Source: Trichosphaerium sp. ATCC 40318
Lineage: Eukaryota; Protista; Tubulinea
Reading direction: 5' to 3'
DNA: 64,000 nt
Assembly (NCBI GenBank): GCA_038496445.1
Contig: JALMLS010000232.1
Location: 62,001-126,000 of the forward strand
Of this stretch, positions 36,863-49,194 are shown piece by piece (within the stretch, counting starts at the first letter, position 1; each line of letters opens with the position of its first letter). The notes below the pieces were generated by a model. That model was not told the origin of the DNA and searched no databases. It saw only the letters and a list, made by a program, of their open reading frames with translations. The position numbers were made by a program, and so were the translations under genes.

Positions 36863-38410
36863 ATGGAGGATCTACCAATAGAAATGGTTGTAGAATCATA
36901 ACGATGCCAGCTTCTAACCCAAATTTACGTCATTAGGTATCAGAAATACTGTCACACGCGCGTAGCATTGCTGATATGGCTAGTTTCAGTAGTGTATCAA
37001 AAGTTTGGTTTGATGTAGTTTACTCAAATACAAATCTCATCAAAAGGCTCGCCAAGGAGCGCTACAAGGTTGGTATACTTGAAACACCCAATGTTGGCTT
37101 ACCAGGTCCTGTACGTACAATCAAACTAGTAGAAATTCGCCCTTACGTAGTTTAACAGCATAAATGGTGGCATATATTGCGTACTATGGCGTCTGCACGT
37201 GTTTTGTTTTTAACCACCAAAGCAATTAGCAATCGTGTACTAGAAGACTTGAGACAGCGTATGATTGCGTATGGATTCAGGCACGTGACGAGCGCAAAAT
37301 AACGTCATCTTGTTGGACCAACTGACCCTAAAAAACAGATACGTTGACACTCTTGAGTTCAACCCTATTATTGCAACATATAATACAGAAGAAATTATTA
37401 AAAGGACTAAAGAGCAGGCATCTCTGATTTCTACTTATGACGTTGTTGTCAACTTCGCTGATGGAGATTGGCGTTATGCTGGCATAGTAAGACCAATAAT
37501 TGGCGATGTGTTAAGTGATATGGTTGATAGAGGATGTGGAGTTATTCAAGGGGTCTTCTCACACTGTAGCTTGCTGGAGAATGTTGGAGGCAGGTGGGAT
37601 ACGGGAAAATATGACCCGCTCTTTCCTTTAATGGCACATTTGTCTGGTAGACATCAGCTAAGGTTAACATAACACATGTTATAACTTTTTACCAAGGTTT
37701 TCTTTTTATTGACTTTATTTTTAGAGGCTCGCATGAAATGAATGAAATTTTAATACCAGAGCATTTTGTCATGACAAACGTAAAGAATATTACATTTCAC
37801 TACACAGGTAAATGATTTTATTCGACCGGTACTAAGAAAACAATGAGAAAAAAAATCATGTTTATTTTACTTCAGATTTCAATACTGTTTTTGACTTTTA
37901 TTCCATTGCAAAGCCTCTTTCTTCTACTACAAAGAGTCGCCTATTATCCAGCTATCGCCTTCGACATAAAATATTATTATTACTTACTTACTACGCCCTT
38001 TATAGCACCCAGTGGTACTTTAAATCCAAACGCTAAAGTGATTGCGAATGCAAAATTAGATGCTCCTTTCGCTGAACAGAATTATATTATAGCTCCTCTA
38101 GTTATTGAACTCGATTGCTTTAAAGGACGTGTCATGTGTCTTAACTACTACCTTGCTTCAACTGATGGGTACAAACAATCTTCATTTGTTTCAAAAGAGT
38201 TCTACAAGTTCAAATCAATTTTTTTCCTTCTTCTTCCTATGACCGCAAGACACCTTTCCCACCTATGGCACTAGAGCTGTAATATTCTTATTTTATTTAC
38301 GCTTGTTTAGGTACTTTACTGGATGGGGTACTAATACAGATGGAGGACGTTTAATTGCTAATTGTATAATATCTTGTTGTCCTTACAAAAAATTACCATG
38401 CCTGGCATGA
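36863..38410 (+). CDS. F-box protein with an uncharacterised alpha/beta C-terminal domain (possibly class I GATase-like fold), multi-exon
   Basis: MEDLPIEMVSEILSH..FSSVSKVW; IGDVLSDMVDRGCGVI..VGGRW..GRVMCLNYY..TDGGRLIANCI; one GC-AG intron. Confidence 0.7.
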
Positions 38411-38559
38411 ATAAAAGCTATCAAAACTTCCCTCCACAAGGTGTCTTTATGATAGCCACTATTCTCGTTACCCACTACTCATTGTTCGTGTCAACGTTAC
38501 CTGATAAACCACATACTACGCATAGTTAAGACGACAAGTTAATGTACTACTTTATTTTA

Positions 38560-40193
38560 TTATTCTATAACGACTACATGTTCCAAAGGTGTATTACTTG
38601 TTAGTAAGTCAACAACTTTTTCTAGAGTAACTGTTTTTAAAGAATCATGATGTTGTATACGTTGAGAAGATATAGACTGTATTATATCACGCATAACGTC
38701 TTGTGTCAATCATTAAAGAAAAATGGTAATAAAAATAGGAAAAAAATAGGAAAAGAAAGAACAGCTTGGGTTTTTTTTTGTTTTTTTGGTCCGGATACGT
38801 AGATATTTCCCAATTTGAGTACTTGATAAAGCCCAAGTGGGTGAGAATAAAAAAGATATAGACGCTGACTTCATACGAAGAAGTTTTGCATCAGGAGGGT
38901 CAAGCTACGAAAAAAAGAAAATTAATCCACGAATTAAGTTATTCTTCTTTGACTTTTTAATAAAATCAATAAGTACCTGTGCGTCTGTTGTTGTTATCCA
39001 ACGAGAAAAAGCACCAAGTACATTTATCGTTTTTCGTCTGTTGAGCACTTCAAGAGGAGTTAACTACAAATAAAGTCAGACAAGAACATATAATACTAGC
39101 TTAAGATATACAAACTCACTTCAATCAAAATATCAACTCCAACGCCACCAGTATGTGCTAATATAGCTGCTTCAGGTTCTTCATTCTCCGCAGCAATAAC
39201 AACAACTTATAATTATTTCATTAACAGCACGGTTCCAAAGAAGAAAAAGATTGTTGAAATTCAAAATTTTACCTTTGTTTGGAAGTTTTGCTGTTAGTGT
39301 GCTCTTATCTTCTTCTTTATAACACACGACCATTACAGAAGCATTACTTTCGGTAGCCAAACGAGCAATAAAGCATGCTTCCTAAGTAGTCAGAAAGTCA
39401 ACACTTCATTGAAAGCAAGTTCTAACGCTTACATTAGAGCAACCAATGATAGCAACTTTTTCTCCCCGCAACAAATGTCCAACAGTGAATAGAGCGGTAT
39501 ATGCTGATAACGATACTCCAAGCTTACCGATGACTTGAAGAGGCACTGTTCCTGGTGGTATAGCATCTTTTATGTCACCTGTAAGCGAAATTTCTAGAGA
39601 ACAAAAATCGTACGCAATAAAATTGCTGGTACGCAAACGTACTCAGCTAATCCTCCACAATTTATCAATGATAACAATCCTGCGTGTGATTAGCGTTGTG
39701 TTACGTTGTTTTAGCTACTAAATACCACAGACGTTGACATAGAGATGTAAAATATCTCAAAATATGCGTAATGCGTGTGTGTTTGTACGTACCGGCGACT
39801 AATTGCCCTTTGTTAAACATGTCGACGTCTTGACCGTTTTGTTCTACAATACCGACTATTTCAATGCCTGGGGTAACAGGAAGCGATGTAAACTATGCAG
39901 GAGCGTTATTAGTGTATTTTGACACTGATGTACATAATACGCAACATACAGCGCTATATTCGCCTTTTATAACTTGTTTCTCCATCTGAGATAAGTAACA
40001 TGCCGTTACCCTTCATAAAAGTCAAAAATGTACAATAACACCATTCGCACTTGATTAACACGTCTTGTGGTCCAGGGGTTGGCTTTGGGACCTACGATCG
40101 TTACAAAAAAAAATTACCTGAACTTTGACACGCAACCTCTGTAACTAGACGTATACCGTCATTACTCCAAGAGTTTACAATAACTGCTTTCAT
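38560..40193 (-). CDS. CRYZL1: Quinone oxidoreductase-like MDR protein, CRYZL1-like
   Basis: PKPTPGPQDVLIK, PVTPGIEIVG, GGLAEY, AYTALF, HTGGVGVDILIE, LDPPDAKLL..WALSSTQIGKYL. Confidence 0.75.
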
Positions 40194-40650
40194 TGCGGTG
40201 AGGTAGAGCTGTACAAGTCAATACAATTCATGTTAGCTTATCCGACCAAAAAACTAAGTAACCCTTATTTTGAAGTTCTACTTCAACTGATTGCGATTTG
40301 TTCTTTCTTTCGAGTGTTGACAATTTATCATGTAACTCTCGGGCCAATGTGAAAATTTGTTTGGAGTCACGTGCCGAAAATAAAAAGGCTGCGAATACTC
40401 ATTGTATGAATATGCGAGCAATATAAAACTGCTGAGATCCTTGCGTATATGTAAAGAGTGGATTCCTACTAGTTAGAGGATGATTACTGAATGTTGTTGA
40501 TTATCACGCTGGCATACCTTTTGAGGCCACGTGGCTTTAACAACCACTTCATAAAAAATTGTAGTGCCTGGCAAGTGAATCACAACCGTTTACCTAAACT
40601 TGCGTGTCTAAACCGCTTCAATACCACCTCTAAAACAACAGCTTGTATCT

Positions 40651-42317
40651 ATGGCAGAGAACTATCGCGCTTCAAGTGGTAGGCACATACAACCATTATT
40701 GCAAGTTTCATAACGCATAATAGGAAGTGGGGCGAGCCAGCGACATGCGAAGGTAACATTCGTAGCTGAAGTTAATTTAAATTACGTCATCAGGTAAAAA
40801 TTGCTCAAGGTCATACAGAGCGTGCTCGTGCTTTAATGGAGCGACTAATCGACTATGACTATGATTGTGAGGTTTGTTTGGATAAAATTAAGAAGAGATC
40901 TAATCTGGGCTTGTGATAATTGCTATGAAATCTTTCATATCAAATGTATACGCAGATGGAGAAAGGAGTCAAAATCAGAAGGCACTTTTTCAAGCGCTCA
41001 AAATTTCCCTGTGCCGCTGTTTTGTTTGAACTTTGAAACCCCAATTCAAGCGACATGCCCATGTCCAATTGCCATTCTGTTTTCCTCTCTACACGCATGT
41101 TTTGACTTTTGTAACTGTACTAGATGACTTATGGGCCTGTCCTCACTGTAAATCTGACCTGGAATCAAATCCCAAAGCTTCATGTTTTTGTGGTAAAGTA
41201 AAACGACAAGTTTATACCAATTCCAAAACAGTACTACAAAATACTTGTTTTTGAGAACGCAGCATTGACACCTACAGGTGCCGCATTCATGCCGAAAAGA
41301 ATGTGGTAAAGACCTTGAGTGTTGGGCGCATACCTGCACCTTTAAATGTCATCCTGGTCCATGTCCACCGTGTATCATAGAAGGAGAGCCTATAACTTGC
41401 TACTGTGGAAGTACAATAACTATTCCGAGGTACAGATTTCTGTTTATTATCTCATTAACGGTAAATAGGTGTGGTGAAGAAGAAGTTAGGGAATGCGGAA
41501 ATACTTGCAATAAATTACTAGATTGTCAACAACATTATTGTCAGCTAATGTGTCATGAAGGTATCAATGCTTTACACTTTTTAAATCCATTGTCTTTTAA
41601 TATTCAAATGTAGGGGATTGTGGCACATGTACTATTCCTTGTCAGGGTACCCTTGATTGTGGTAAACATTCTTGTGAATACTATTGTCATCAAGGTAATT
41701 CCTTCTCTCAATCGTTATCTCTCACCTCCAACAAAAGGTGATTGTGATAGCTGTACAAACAGTTGTGATAGATTACTAAACTGTGGTAAACATAAATGCC
41801 ACAGATATTGTCATCAAGGTACTTGTCATCTGTAAATCGTTATCACTCACTTGTAAAAAAAGGAGATTGTAGTAGCTGTACAAACAGTTGTGATAGATTA
41901 CTAAACTGTGGTAAACATTCTTGTGAATACTATTGTCATCAAGGTAATTCCTTCTCTCAATCGTTATCTCTCACCTCCAACAAAAGGTGATTGTGGTAGC
42001 TGTTCAAGAATTTGTGATAGAATACTGAACTGTGGTAAACATAAATGTCACAGATATTGTCATCAAGGTATGTATTAAATCGAAGCTTACATTGCTAACA
42101 CAAACAAGGTGATTGTGAGAGATGCAAGAAAATGATTTGTACATGGTGGCCTGTAGCATTGACTGTTTCTCCATGGCTGTTAGGGACAGCTGGCTGGACA
42201 GCTTTTTCCTACAACTGGGTGTCTAACCCAATTTTTTTTAAAGCGCTTTTTCTTTTCACATGGTACAATATCAAGCCATACATGTCCAACATGACATTGA
42301 GTTTCTATCATATATGA
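40651..42317 (+). CDS. NFX1/NFXL1-like RING + NF-X1 zinc-finger protein with hydrophobic C-terminus; apparent frameshift at ~40890
   Basis: CEVC..IWACDNCYEIFHIKCIRRW..WACPHC; PHSCRKECGK..CHPGPCPPC; repeated LNCGKHxCxxxCHQGDC. Confidence 0.8.
41614..42070 (+). repeat. Tandem exon+intron duplications (81-nt zinc-finger exons)
   Basis: Identical 43-nt introns at 41695-41737 and 41944-41986; near-identical 81-nt phase-1 exons. Confidence 0.9.
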
Positions 42318-42449
42318 GATAGCACTTGATATGACCCCTTTGCGCCATTCTGTCTTCTTGGAGTCTGTGACTTGCGCCACCAGTTTTCTAGTTACCGTGT
42401 GACTCAATTTCAGACATACAGCACGTTCCGTATATCTCAACAAGATGCT

Positions 42450-43955
42450 TAAAATAAACAAACCTTGTAACTTTCAAGAATCAAAACAAGATGTTGTCAA
42501 ACTCCGTTTTTTTTCAATATTATTTTGCGCTTACAGTAGCAATATTTACACAACTTAAAGGCTTATTGTGTCCACTAAATTGCCTTATTAAAACCGACTT
42601 ATCAACATCCCATAAGCAAGCCAAACCATCAGAAGATGCTGTAGCCAAGTATTTACCTTCTCTAGAGAATGCACAATCCCAAACCCATGATCTATGATTA
42701 TCCTTACAATGCTTAACTTCCCACGTATCAGTATCCCATAGTTTAAAAGTCTTATCCGCTGAAGTAGTTGCAAAATCTCTGTAATATGAAGCAGTTAGCG
42801 CAAGTGCATTTTTCTTTGAAAACCAGAAAAAAATGAAAAGGGTTGAGAAAAGACGAACTTGTTATTAGGACTAAAAGTACATCGGATCACGTGCGCATCA
42901 TGTGCTTTTACTATTTTATCTAAAGAAAACGATCCAGTACTATCATGACCCATAGTGTAGACGAACATGCTTCCTACACATCGAAAAAGTCAACGGCCGC
43001 ACACAACAAAATAATTAGGCTTACCATTATTTGATCCAACAGTACAATACTGTTTCTCACTTTCGCTTGTAGAAACAGCAATACAACGTAACGGATTATG
43101 AGCCTTTTTACGCTCAGGCAACTACAAATAAATCAGTCTCAGAACAGCTCAAGCAGTTGGTTTAAAAACTCGGTTTTTTCGGTTTTTTTTTGATTTTCAC
43201 ATAAACCAACCTGCTCTGCAACGCATTTACCATAGCGCATATCAAGTATCCTGACGTTACCATTCTGATAAGCGCCTATAAGCTCGTTTTCATTATGATG
43301 AAGAATACAAGCATTGCATGGCGACGAGTAAGAAAATTGTTTCGCCGTCGAATTTGTTCTAAAAAAAGAAAGTCAAAAGCAACCTTGAGCCAAAAAACTG
43401 TTTTGATAAACGTGAAATGCTTTACTGTTTCTCGATACGCGTTTAATACATACCTTAGATCCCACATGCGTACTGATCCGTCCTCTCCTGCTGAAAATAT
43501 GCGAGTGCCATCTTTATTAAAGCCAATGTCCATGACATTACCTTTGTGACCTGATAGAAGGCCAACCTGGGTTACGTTAGGGTTTTGGCAAAAGTGAAAT
43601 AAAACGACAGTACAGAGTGCGCAAACTGGTACATAAGGATCTGGGCGTTGTACGTACGTGGTGGGTATTGTTCCCAGATAGCTCGTAAAGTCTAATGTTG
43701 GGATTGCCACAAGCAGCCAGTACAGTACGTCCACTTGAACGTGGGGATATTTTGATGCGGTTTACTTGCTATTTGAGCGTATCAGCGAGAATTCACGTTT
43801 TACAACAACCAACCGAGTCTGTGTGTTGAATTTGGCGATAACAATAGCCTGAGGGCACTTCCCAGAAGCGAATAACCAAATCATAGCCTTTTTGAGCTTT
43901 AGAAACTCCATATGTACTCTGAATACGCACCTGCTGTGATAACAATTGAAGGCAT
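42450..43955 (-). CDS. LST8: LST8/GbetaL-like WD40 protein (TOR complex subunit); 3' end approximate
   Basis: VITAGYDLVIRFWEVPSG.CYRQIQHTDSQVN; GHKGNVMDIGF..SAGEDGSVRMWDL; WVWDCAFS..SSDG.ACLW. Confidence 0.8.
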
Positions 43956-44266
43956 GGTACTTATAACATTATTTAGCGGTTTTGACAGACTTAAGGCACC
44001 AGACGCGCCTTTCAGTGATTGGCACGTTCAAATGTCATTGTATAAACTACAACCGCGAACCACGGAGTCTACGAACAGGTTGACCAACACCACACTTTTT
44101 TGTAAACCCTTAGAACTATACGCTTTCAAAGTACGTTAATACCACCCTATGGCTTATGGGTTTATGCTATAGCACAGTGGTTGCTGCAATAAGGTGCGCC
44201 TTTACCAACTTGATGGTTTTTTGTCAAAAGCAAAACGGATGAGTAAACGAAATATTAGAGTATTTA

Positions 44267-47200
44267 CTACAACATAACCATTGCTGGTGATTGTTGATTT
44301 TGCATATGTCCTGATCTAATAACATCTGCTAAAGCATTAACAGGGTTATCTCCTCTTCCAATCTTTCCACCAACCCTGAAAAAAAGTGGTAAGTTATCAC
44401 TCTACAAAAACCGAAACCACGTGATTTGTATACTCAACAAAAGTTTTGAGCGTATCTTTTTGACGATCGTGAGTTGTTTTGTGTACGTACCTGCGCTTCT
44501 TCTTTGCAGCTTGTTGTCTCAGTTTTTCTATTTTATCAACGTATGTTGTTATTCTTGTTGTAAATTCCCACAACAGTCCTTAAAGAAGTAAGGTAAAGAA
44601 ACTTGAAAAAAAATCGAAAGTCGATTTTTTGGTCTTACCGAAGAACATATCAGCTCCGATTAGTCTTATCTTTGTAGGTGGATATCCAAAGTATAGCAGC
44701 AAGCTCTTAAACTCTTTCTGGTACCTCTCGAACTTTCTTGTGATATATTTCATTGTATTTTCAGCTATTTGCCAATGTTAGTCTGAAAAGAAGACAACTT
44801 TGGGGATTAAGTACCTTCTGTTAGGAAAGGTGGCATTACACGTGAGAATGATCCCTTTGATTTATCTTTGGTCACCATTTGACACATTGTGTTGGAAGCT
44901 AAGGCACAATTGAGAAAACTCTTGATCCGGTAAATAAACGTGTTTTTTTGGTACCTTTTAGTGACGCTTGTACTTGTCTTAGATCTACGTTGACATCGTT
45001 TAATGACGTTCTGGAAGCCTAATCATACGTTAACAAAGTTAAATTAAAATCTCCATTATAGTCGTACTTCATAAACACTGTTGAGTTCGTGTTGCATCTG
45101 TTTAATATTTGGATATTTATCCAACATAACCTTTGAAAAAAAGTTAAAATATTTGCTTGATATGGCGACTTCACGTGCCCTTGTCATATATTCCATAATG
45201 TTTAGTTTACCACTTAGATCCTTTGTTACTGTTAATTTAGATAAAACATCCAAGGTGTAGCCGTTAGCTTGACCTCTTTTTGTTCCTACAGGTCACAAAA
45301 TAAGTTAATTCAAGTACACTAGTTTTATACTTTTCTCGCCATCGCGTACCGCCGTTCATATAATTACCAACTGTCAATACAGCACCCAACATACGTTTTA
45401 GACTAACGCTGTTTTTGACTTGCTATTGCAAAGTAAGTTCGGTGTACTACATGTTATACATTCAAAAAAAAAAAGTGAAGATAAAAATGTTGTACCATGC
45501 ATGCACTGTGGAGAATGTTCAGAGGCTTCTCAATAGAAGATTTTATATTTTCAAAGTCTTGTTTAAACACCCAACATTTGATACGCTGTGCAAGACAAGG
45601 AATAACTGAGAGTTCAAGCAAATATCTAGAACAGGTCAGTCAGAAAAAGAATCAAGAAAAAAAACTGCAAACAACTAAGTGTCATTGTTGAGTTTACCTG
45701 TCAGGTTTGTCCAAGGTAAACGCTGGGTTCTTGTCAACCTCTTTAATGAGTTTGATTTCGTCAGCTGTAGGTACAAGAGATTCAACAAACACTAGTTGTT
45801 CAAGTGTGATATTATCTTCGTCCATATTAAGAACAACTTCTTTTAGTTTTTGTGGAGCTGGTAGCCTAGATATACTGATAGATACTGCATTATTACGTTT
45901 GGAATCTAGTGCAGATTTGACTGGAGCTCCAGCTGGCTAACATGAAAGTGAGTACAACTCAACAACTTTTCTTAAAGTTTTACCCCTTTTTTATCTTCTG
46001 CTTTTTTCTTCTTTTTCGCTGCTACTTTCTTGCAGTATAATGTGGATAATTCTTTGTGATCCCAACCTTCAACCTCTTCGATGTGATCCCATACCATGAT
46101 AGGTCGATCCCTTAAAGGAGAAAAGATTAGAGGAAAAAAACTCAAAGTCAAAGTTCCAGTCAAAAAAAAAGGGTTAGGATGTTGGTTGTCGAATAATCAT
46201 ACTTGTCTTTGCTTCGTGGTTGTATAATTAATCTTGTCCAATACATAGGTTTCATTGCCGCCAATGGTTTAATCAAAGGCTTATTAGGAACAATACGTGG
46301 TGCAGCTAGCAAAGTATACTCAGCCAACGAACTAAACCAAATATGTTTTACAGGTACGTACATCCTGGACCACCAGGTGGAGGTGGTGGTGGAGGGCCAC
46401 CTCCTGAACCTGGAGGTGGAGGCGGTGGAGGTGGTCCACCCTCAATTCCTGGAGGTGGCGGTGGTGGAGGCGCGTTTGTGTCTACTTTTGGTTTGTCTTT
46501 GTCTTCGGCTGCTTTTTTAGCTTCAGCTTCTTTTTTTTCTTGCTCCTTTTTCTCCGCCTCTTTTCTTTCCTGTTCGGCTTTGTTACGTTGATGAGATTCC
46601 GCTGGATTAGCAACAGCTATACATAAAGAATAAATACTGTAAAAAGACACGTGCTTTCAATAGAAAATAGGTACCTAAGCCAGAGCCGTCGCTTAAACTA
46701 CCACGAAGTCTTTCTAATTCGCGGACTTGAGATTGCAAATCTTCAAGTTTTTGATTCGCAAGTGCTAGCTGAGCAACAGAATCTGAACTGCCCAGACCAG
46801 AAGAGCCAACGCTTGTCCTTTTAGGTAATGTACCTGCACCTCCGCTGGCTCTACGCCTACGACCTCCTCCGTACTAATAAAGTCAGCAGAACAACAAAAC
46901 ACATCCATTAACGTACTTTTTTGCCTGCTTTTCCCATACTCTTTTCAAGATTTTTTGATTTTTTGCGTAGTATCTTCTTTTGTTTGTCTGATATAATGAC
47001 AGTATCTAGAGATTGGTAATTATAAGTATATTATAACACGTGACTTGACAAAAAAAAGGAAAAAAAATTGTAAAGAAGCGGCCAAAGAGAAATGGAAGCT
47101 CAAGTCGAGGTTGCTTACCGTCTTGAAAAGTCGAGTAGTAGTCATTCCCCTAAATAATTATTACACTAAAATAATTTTTTAGTCGTACGTCAAGTCGGTC

Positions 47201-48937
47201 TATAGGGTCTGCAGGGATTGTCGAACCAACTACGAAAGCACTTTTAGTATGCCAATAAAAAAAATCTCAAAAAGAAAAAGTTGTAACTATTAAACCGTAC
47301 TCTTCTTAGGTATAACTCCAGTATTAGCTGCTTTTTGTAGCAGATCTTGTGTTTTCTCCAATTTTAATTTCAGAAGATCAATATAAGCTTGTTGTTCTTG
47401 GTACACCTTAAGTTCGTTCTTAAGACGAATATTCTCGGAAAGTAATTTCTTATGATTTGTCCTGACAACCACGCCAGATACATTCTCGTATATATCCAGT
47501 TGCGCTTGAAATTCTGATTCATTAATTAATGCTATGTTTTGTCGAAGACGATCTGTGAGGCCTTGACGATCCCACTCTTGAATCAAGTGTTTCCTGAAAA
47601 TAGATTATACAGATTCTTATATTGTACTAAAGTACCTCAAACTTCGCTCAGGACACTCAACTAGTACCACGTTTAATAACGTAAAAGCGTTTAATGTACA
47701 CTCTAGATCACCACCAGTCTCAAGAAGTTGTATAACCTCCGAGTAAGGCTCTAGAATGGAGTTATTCTTGAAGATTTATTTTTAATTTAGCGTACTTCTT
47801 CCTGTTTGAGCTGCGTTTCTCATAGACGCGCCATGTAAGAGATTAAAATCTTGACTTACATTTCCTATGACCAACAGAAGTTCTAAAGCATTACGAACTA
47901 CATTAAGAGCAGGAGAACTGACAAGATTAAATAATTTTGCGACAAGTTCCGGCTCAGAAATGACACTTTCCTTTAATAAGAAAAAAAGTCAGTTCCCTCA
48001 CGTGTTATTATCACTTACAAGTCCAGATACGTATCCCATAGATGCTATCAATGCAGCTAGGGCGTATGATTGCGTAGAACCGAAACTAGTGGAGATGACA
48101 TCGAGCAAGCAATCAACACCGCCCTATACAATAAAATTAATACAAAGCACATTTTCTCGAAAGCAGATCTTTTTTTACCTGCGCTATAAACTCTTCTGCA
48201 AACTCAGACTCGGTAAGCATCTTCTTGAGTTGAAATGTAGTTTTTTTGACATCAAAGCGAGAAGGGTCGAGTTGTTCTATGACTTCAAGTACTTTGTAGG
48301 ACGCTTTTTTAACCAAAATCAAGAAATTATCTTCCAAAGAGCTATAACTCATTAAAAAATAGATAAAAATACAACTACACATGTCTTCACTATAAAATAA
48401 GGTTCAAAAATGAAAGGTGACTATTTGTGCACGTGGTAAAGAGCAAAAAACTAGAACTTTTGAACCGTTGCTTTTTTTTTTTCCTTTTTTACTATTTAGT
48501 TACCTCAAGTCTTCAAACAATGATAGGTTCCTTCCACTTGATTTAATTTGAAGAGCAAAATATTCAGCATTACCCTAACACTTATATAAACACTACCAAA
48601 GATATACTATCCTTTAACAAACTCCATAAACGCGAAAGGCTAATTTTAAAAAAAAAAACACCTGAAAAAAAAAAGGCTCAAACAAAGTCGATTTGTTTTT
48701 GAAGCTAACCCACGTGTTTGGAAAAACCAAAATACGAAACTGGGTTAACTAAATAATAAATCTGTAACGGACCTCTCCAAACGCTTCTGTGATATCGTCC
48801 ATTTGCTCCAACAGCGCCGTATGCTTGTCAAGAGACAAGGACTTCACCTGAAGGAACAAAAAGAGTTAGTATGTTGCGCTCTCTAACGTCACGTGACATT
48901 AACGTACCTGACCCTTATATTCTATTTTAACCTTCAT
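44267..48937 (-). CDS. FHOD-like formin (ubiquitin-like + ARM GBD/FH3, FH1, FH2, DAD-like tail)
   Basis: EFAEEFIAQGGVDCL..SYALAAL..VVRNALELLLV; poly-Pro FH1 at 46370-46470; FH2 MKPMYW, GNYMNGG..GQANGYTLDVLSKL; NALADVIRSG. Confidence 0.9.
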
Positions 48938-49194
48938 GTTTAATGGCAAACGTAATAGGAGGGTTCGGAATAAAAAGCGGGAGTGAGTACTAAAGGTTGC
49001 AGCACTATTTAGGTAAACGGTTTTTGTTTAGGGAGCTTTTTTTGACTTAATTCATCAGCTTAAATCACAAGCTCCAAATGGCTTTGTTTGAGCCTATATT
49101 CAACGCACAACGTATGTGTATGTAAAACAGGATGATAGTTTGGTACAGGGAGGAATGTGATAGCTGAAAAGGAATTTGTTGGTTGGGTTTCTCT

